A DNA stretch of 64,000 nt from a virus, in IMG/VR virus record IMGVR_UViG_3300049139_000178, positions 1-64,000 of that record; one strand, given 5' to 3'. How positions within the stretch are numbered: position 1 is the stretch's first letter; every line of letters starts with the position of its first letter. Shown here one piece after another: positions 62,328-64,000 of this stretch. A program made the translations under genes and the position numbers. The notes beneath the pieces are model-generated. The model was not told the DNA's origin. It was given only the letters and a program-made list of their open reading frames with translations, and searched no databases.

Positions 62328-64000
62328 GTGCCGTGGTACGACGCATTCCGGGGGCGCGTGGCTCGGGAGCCCGCTCCGCTGCCTCAGCTGCCTGAAGGGC
62401 TGACGGCCGCCGCTGCTCCGCCGCCCGGACCGGAGACCAAGTTCTTGCGCCGCACCGAGGCCTGGCAGGAAGAGGTCTGGCGCTTCCACGACACGCTCGG
62501 CGAGTTCAATTACGGCGTCGGGTGGTTGGCCAACATGCTTTCCCGGGTGCGCCTGCGGGCGGGCCGCCTGAAGCCGGGCTCCGATGAACCGGACATCGTC
62601 ACCTCCGGCACAGCCGCCGACCTCATGATGCTGTTCGGCGGGGGAGTCGCCGGCCAGTCGCAGCTCATGCGACGCCTCACGGTTCAGCTCGCGCTGCCCG
62701 GCGAGGGCTATCTGGTCGGCGAGCAGGACGGCAAAGTCGAGCGCTGGCAGGTCCGGTCCGTGGACGAAATCCGCGTGCAGTCCGGCAAGTACCAGGTGAT
62801 GGACGAGGAGTCGGCCACCACCGGCCAGGACTGGCGTGACCTCGCCGAGGACCACCACGTCGTCCGCGTCTGGCGACCGCATGACCGCTACTTCCACATG
62901 GCAGACTCCCCGGCGCGCAGTGCTCGCGAGATCATGCGTGAGCTGGAGCTGGTCAACCGGAAGATCGCAGCCGAGTACTTGTCCCGGCTGGCCTCTGCCG
63001 GCCTCCTTCTGCTCCCTGACGAGCTTTCGTTCCCGGTTCGCGAGGAGTTCGCCAACGACCCGGACAACGCCAACCCGCTGATGTCCGAGTGGATCGAGAT
63101 CGCCGCGACGGCGATTCAGAACCCCGGCACCGCCTCGGCCGTGGTGCCCATCCCGCTGGTCGGCCCGGCCGAGGCCATCGAGAAAGTGAAACACGTCGAC
63201 TTCACGTTGAAGATTGACGAGAAGATCATCGAGAAGCGGGACAGCGCGATCAAGCGACTGGCAACCAAGTTGGACATGCCGGCCGACGTGCTGCTGGGCA
63301 TGGGCGACGTCAACCACTGGGGGCAGTGGCAGATCGAGGAATCCGGGCTCAAGACGCACATCGCCCCCGTCGCGGAACTGATCTGCGACGCCCTCACGCG
63401 CGGCTACCTCCAGCCCCGGCTGGAAGCGTCCGGAGAGGACCCGGCCGCGTGGGTCGTCTGGTACGACATGAGCGAGCTGGCTCTGAGCCCGGACCGCAGC
63501 GGGAACGCCACCCTGGCCTACGACCGGCTGGAGCTGTCCGGCGAGGCGTACCGCCGGGAGCTGGGGTTCGACGAGGACGACGCACCGGACGACGAAGAGC
63601 TGCGGGTACAGTCCCTCAAGTCCATCATCCGCACCCTGCCGTCCGGCGCCGCGTCGGCCCTGGCGCAGCTGCTCGGCGAGGACGTCCCGCAGATCGTCCC
63701 GGTCTCCCCGCAGGATCCCGGCACAGCCGAAGCCGTGCAGCAGGGCGACACGCCTCCGCCGGCGAACCAGCAGCCGACCGAGGAGGGCGCGGGCCGCGCG
63801 GCGCCGCCGAGCGATGAACCCTCGCCTACACAGGGCCGGACCGGGCCACCCTCGCGAGACCAGCAGGCTACGGCTGAGCGAGCGCAACGGCTCGTACAGC
63901 AGGCCCGGACGCAGCACATGCTCCGCGTCGGCGCGACGAACCGGTGGGACCTGCTGCACCCCGGCATCTGCGGAGAGCACGAGTACTCGTGCCCGTTCAC
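62328..64000 (+). CDS. phage portal protein (partial, runs off the window)
   Basis: GGGGAGG RBS, GTG; WQEEVW-x2-HD-x-LGE-x2-Y-x3-W-x-AN-x2-SRVRL, RVWRPH, SRLASAG, LLGMG-x-VNHW, typical of actinophage portals. Confidence 0.8.
   Translation, partial: MPWYDAFRGRVAREPAPLPQLPEGLTAAAAPPPGPETKFLRRTEAWQEEVWRFHDTLGEFNYGVGWLANMLSRVRLRAGRLKPGSDEPDIVTSGTAADLMMLFGGGVAGQSQLMRRLTVQLALPGEGYLVGEQDGKVERWQVRSVDEIRVQSGKYQVMDEESATTGQDWRDLAEDHHVVRVWRPHDRYFHMADSPARSAREIMRELELVNRKIAAEYLSRLASAGLLLLPDELSFPVREEFANDPDNANPLMSEWIEIAATAIQNPGTASAVVPIPLVGPAEAIEKVKHVDFTLKIDEKIIEKRDSAIKRLATKLDMPADVLLGMGDVNHWGQWQIEESGLKTHIAPVAELICDALTRGYLQPRLEASGEDPAAWVVWYDMSELALSPDRSGNATLAYDRLELSGEAYRRELGFDEDDAPDDEELRVQSLKSIIRTLPSGAASALAQLLGEDVPQIVPVSPQDPGTAEAVQQGDTPPPANQQPTEEGAGRAAPPSDEPSPTQGRTGPPSRDQQATAERAQRLVQQARTQHMLRVGATNRWDLLHPGICGEHEYSCPF

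Noticed and set aside
61941-63980. 679-aa minus-strand ORF
   Set aside because: Shadow of the plus-strand portal gene, which the ORF track missed because it runs off the window.

Overview
High-GC actinobacterial (Streptomyces-like) phage or plasmid-phage segment. Genes are transcribed divergently from about 32.4 kb. The leftward arm (1-32.3 kb) carries many small accessory genes, a C5 DNA methyltransferase, glycosyltransferase/epimerase genes, a Streptomyces TraA/TraB/Spd-type conjugation module, RuvC (on +), SSB, an exonuclease and an SF2 helicase. The rightward arm carries a fused primase-SF3 helicase-family A DNA polymerase and a six-gene DNA hypermodification operon (ParB, amino acid:DNA transferase, MTase-like, PLP enzyme, hydroxymethylpyrimidine DNA kinase, TET/JBP). 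It also has terminase subunits, an Rpf-NlpC/P60-LysM enzyme, a tyrosine recombinase (on -), a GntR regulator, an ATP-grasp RiPP (graspetide) precursor/ligase pair, and the start of a portal gene. Three families of repeated signals organise the window: a bipartite GGTTG-N15-palindromic AT-rich box, a GACCAAGGA start-associated motif, and GAAGCCCC..GGGGCTTC hairpins. Together they define promoter-gene-terminator cassettes. A tRNA-like RNA with an elongated anticodon arm lies upstream of ssb. All family assignments come from motifs recognised by eye, not from database searches, and copy counts are hand counts.
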